Positions 15,659 to 17,384 of a DNA stretch of 17,384 nt are shown here, in pieces. The DNA lies in IMG/VR virus record IMGVR_UViG_2778261639_000015, positions 1 through 17,384 of that record. One strand, given 5' to 3'. This DNA comes from a virus. Taxonomy: Duplodnaviria; Heunggongvirae; Uroviricota; Caudoviricetes. The position numbers and the translations under genes are program-made. Every line of letters starts with the position of its first letter. Within the stretch, counting starts at the first letter, position 1. The notes beneath the pieces are model-generated. The model searched no databases. It was not told the origin of the DNA and saw only the letters and a list, made by a program, of their open reading frames with translations.

Positions 15659-17116
15659 ATGAATACATCTCATGTAAGAGTTGTTACTCATATGTGTGGG
15701 TTCCTGGTTTGGCTCTATAGTCTTTCAATGTTGCCACCAATGGTTGTAGCATTGTTTTATAAAGAAAAAAGCCTGTTCGTTTTCTTTATAACTTTCGTTA
15801 TATTTTTTTGCATTGGTGGCGGAGCGTGGTATACAACTAAGAAATCTGGCATTCAATTACGTACCCGTGATGGGTTTATTATAATTGTAATGTTTTGGAT
15901 TTTGTTTTCTGTTATTAGTGCATTCCCTTTATGGATTGACTCAGAACTTAATTTAACGTTCATTGATGCTCTGTTTGAAGGGGTTTCTGGAATAACAACA
16001 ACAGGAGCAACTGTAATTGATGATGTTAGTTCATTACCTCGGGCATATTTGTACTATCGGTCACAGTTAAATTTTATAGGTGGTTTAGGAGTTATTGTTC
16101 TGGCGGTTGCAGTATTGCCATTATTGGGTATTGGTGGTGCAAAGCTTTATCAGTCAGAAATGCCGGGGCCATTTAAGGATGACAAACTCACTCCCCGCCT
16201 GGCCGATACGTCACGGACACTGTGGATAACTTATTCTTTATTAGGTATTGCTTGTATTGTCTGTTATAGACTTGCAGGAATGCCTTTGTTTGATGCTATT
16301 TGTCACGGGATTTCCACAGTTTCGCTTGGTGGTTTCTCAACTCATAGCGAGAGTATCGGATATTTTAATAACTATTTGGTTGAGCTGGTGGCTGGTTCTT
16401 TTTCCCTGCTATCGGCTTTCAACTTCACTCTTTGGTATATTGTTATTAGCAGAAAAACGATAAAACCTTTAATCAGAGATATTGAACTTCGTTTCTTTCT
16501 GTTAATAGCCTTAGGGGTGATCATTGTTACCTCTTTCCAGGTCTGGCATATAGGTATGTATGACTTGCATGGAAGTTTTATTCATTCGTTTTTTCTTGCC
16601 AGCTCCATGCTCACTGATAATGGTTTAGCTACGCAGGATTATGCAAACTGGCCCACGCACACGATAGTGTTTTTGCTGTTGTCAAGTTTCTTTGGGGGAT
16701 GTATCGGTTCAACCTGTGGTGGAATTAAGTCACTTCGATTTCTTATACTTTTCAAACAAAGCAAACACGAGATAAATCAACTTTCTCATCCCAGAGCGTT
16801 GTTAAGTGTAAATGTAGGAGGGAAGATAGTTACAGATCGTGTAATGAGGTCTGTATGGAGTTTCTTTTTTCTTTATACTCTCTTCACGGTGTTTTTTATA
16901 CTGGTGTTAAATGGTATGGGATATGATTTTCTTACATCATTTGCAACAGTGGCTGCATGTATTAATAATATGGGATTAGGTTTTGGGGCTACTGCATCGT
17001 CATTCGGAGTGCTTAATGACATTGCAAAATATTTAATGTGCATAGCTATGATTCTTGGTCGCCTTGAAATTTATCCTGTTATTATATTGTTTTCAGGTTT
17101 TTTTTGGCGCTCCTAA
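15659..17116 (+). CDS. trkG: TrkG K+ uptake protein (485 aa), prophage-borne paralog of TrkH
   Basis: ORF 15641..17116 trimmed to the ATG at 15659 (MNTSHVRVVTHMCGFLVWLYSL...). Multi-pass membrane protein with repeated glycine-containing selectivity-filter-like motifs; AT-rich. Matches K-12 TrkG length and sequence from memory. Confidence 0.95.
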   Translation: MNTSHVRVVTHMCGFLVWLYSLSMLPPMVVALFYKEKSLFVFFITFVIFFCIGGGAWYTTKKSGIQLRTRDGFIIIVMFWILFSVISAFPLWIDSELNLTFIDALFEGVSGITTTGATVIDDVSSLPRAYLYYRSQLNFIGGLGVIVLAVAVLPLLGIGGAKLYQSEMPGPFKDDKLTPRLADTSRTLWITYSLLGIACIVCYRLAGMPLFDAICHGISTVSLGGFSTHSESIGYFNNYLVELVAGSFSLLSAFNFTLWYIVISRKTIKPLIRDIELRFFLLIALGVIIVTSFQVWHIGMYDLHGSFIHSFFLASSMLTDNGLATQDYANWPTHTIVFLLLSSFFGGCIGSTCGGIKSLRFLILFKQSKHEINQLSHPRALLSVNVGGKIVTDRVMRSVWSFFFLYTLFTVFFILVLNGMGYDFLTSFATVAACINNMGLGFGATASSFGVLNDIAKYLMCIAMILGRLEIYPVIILFSGFFWRS

Positions 17117-17307
17117 TATATGGCTGATTTATAATTGTGAGTTTAATATTATGTTGACTCACTCATTGATCCAATACCTAACTTTACCAGCAACACCTCC
17201 GCCCCCAGTAGCACTGGCTGCTGGGGTGCGTTTTATTCATAAAGCAAGGCTGTATGAGCGAGAAATTAAAGATAGTCTATCGCCCATTACAAGAATTGTC
17301 ACCGTAT

Positions 17308-17384
17308 TGTATGGGTCCACCACATATTGCAATTTTTATTCTCTTTTAAAATATATTCCACGGGCGTCATTAGTGCGAGCGCCT
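17308..17384. repeat. Right copy of the perfect 77-bp terminal inverted repeat (reverse complement of 1-77)
   Basis: Exact reverse-complement identity to 1-77; identity ends at 17307. Confidence 0.9.

Noticed and set aside
16248-16463. 71-aa ORF inside trkG
   Set aside because: Alternative frame within a confidently identified membrane-transporter gene.
17151-17384. Open frame starting at ATG 17151 and running off the window end (MLTHSLIQYLTLPATPPPPVALAAG...)
   Set aside because: No RBS, no stop within the window, and its 3' part lies inside the terminal repeat; cannot be supported as a gene from this window, though a ynaK-like gene downstream of trkG is possible.
1-17384. CRISPR arrays, rRNA/tRNA genes, integrase or transposase
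   Set aside because: Scanned for regularly spaced direct repeats, T-arm motifs and recombinase-sized ORFs; none found. The terminal inverted repeat has no transposase between its copies.

Overview
This window is the immunity / early / replication / late-regulation / lysis segment of a Rac-like lambdoid prophage of Escherichia coli, recognised by reading the proteins from memory of E. coli K-12 Rac (no search was run). Gene order is racC-ydaE-kilR (leftward), sieB, ydaF-ydaG (leftward), racR repressor flanked by mirrored operator/promoter modules, ydaS-ydaT-ydaU-ydaV (rightward), a ydaW-like gene, a DUF1367 / YbcO-like / Q-like block, a phage-21-type lysis cassette (pinholin, SAR endolysin, Rz with embedded Rz1) and trkG. 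Compared with the degraded K-12 Rac right arm, this copy appears more intact and carries two cargo loci. (1) A visibly AT-rich ~4 kb insertion (6646-10648) holds an overlapping gene pair: a classical AAA+ ATPase and a 754-aa cytoplasmic subtilisin-like (S8) serine protease. This is the strongest candidate for an antiphage defence system here; its architecture resembles the ATPase + S8 peptidase pair reported as ietAS, but homology is unverified. (2) Two tandem lipoprotein genes sit in the moron position between the Q-like gene and the holin; the first is strikingly similar to TolA C-terminal domain III, suggesting a periplasmic TolA decoy. The window ends are a perfect 77-bp inverted repeat (1-77 vs 17308-17384), more likely an assembly-graph boundary than a mobile-element terminus. 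No integrase, structural genes, tRNA, rRNA or CRISPR array were seen. All coordinates were derived by hand from the sequence and ORF track.
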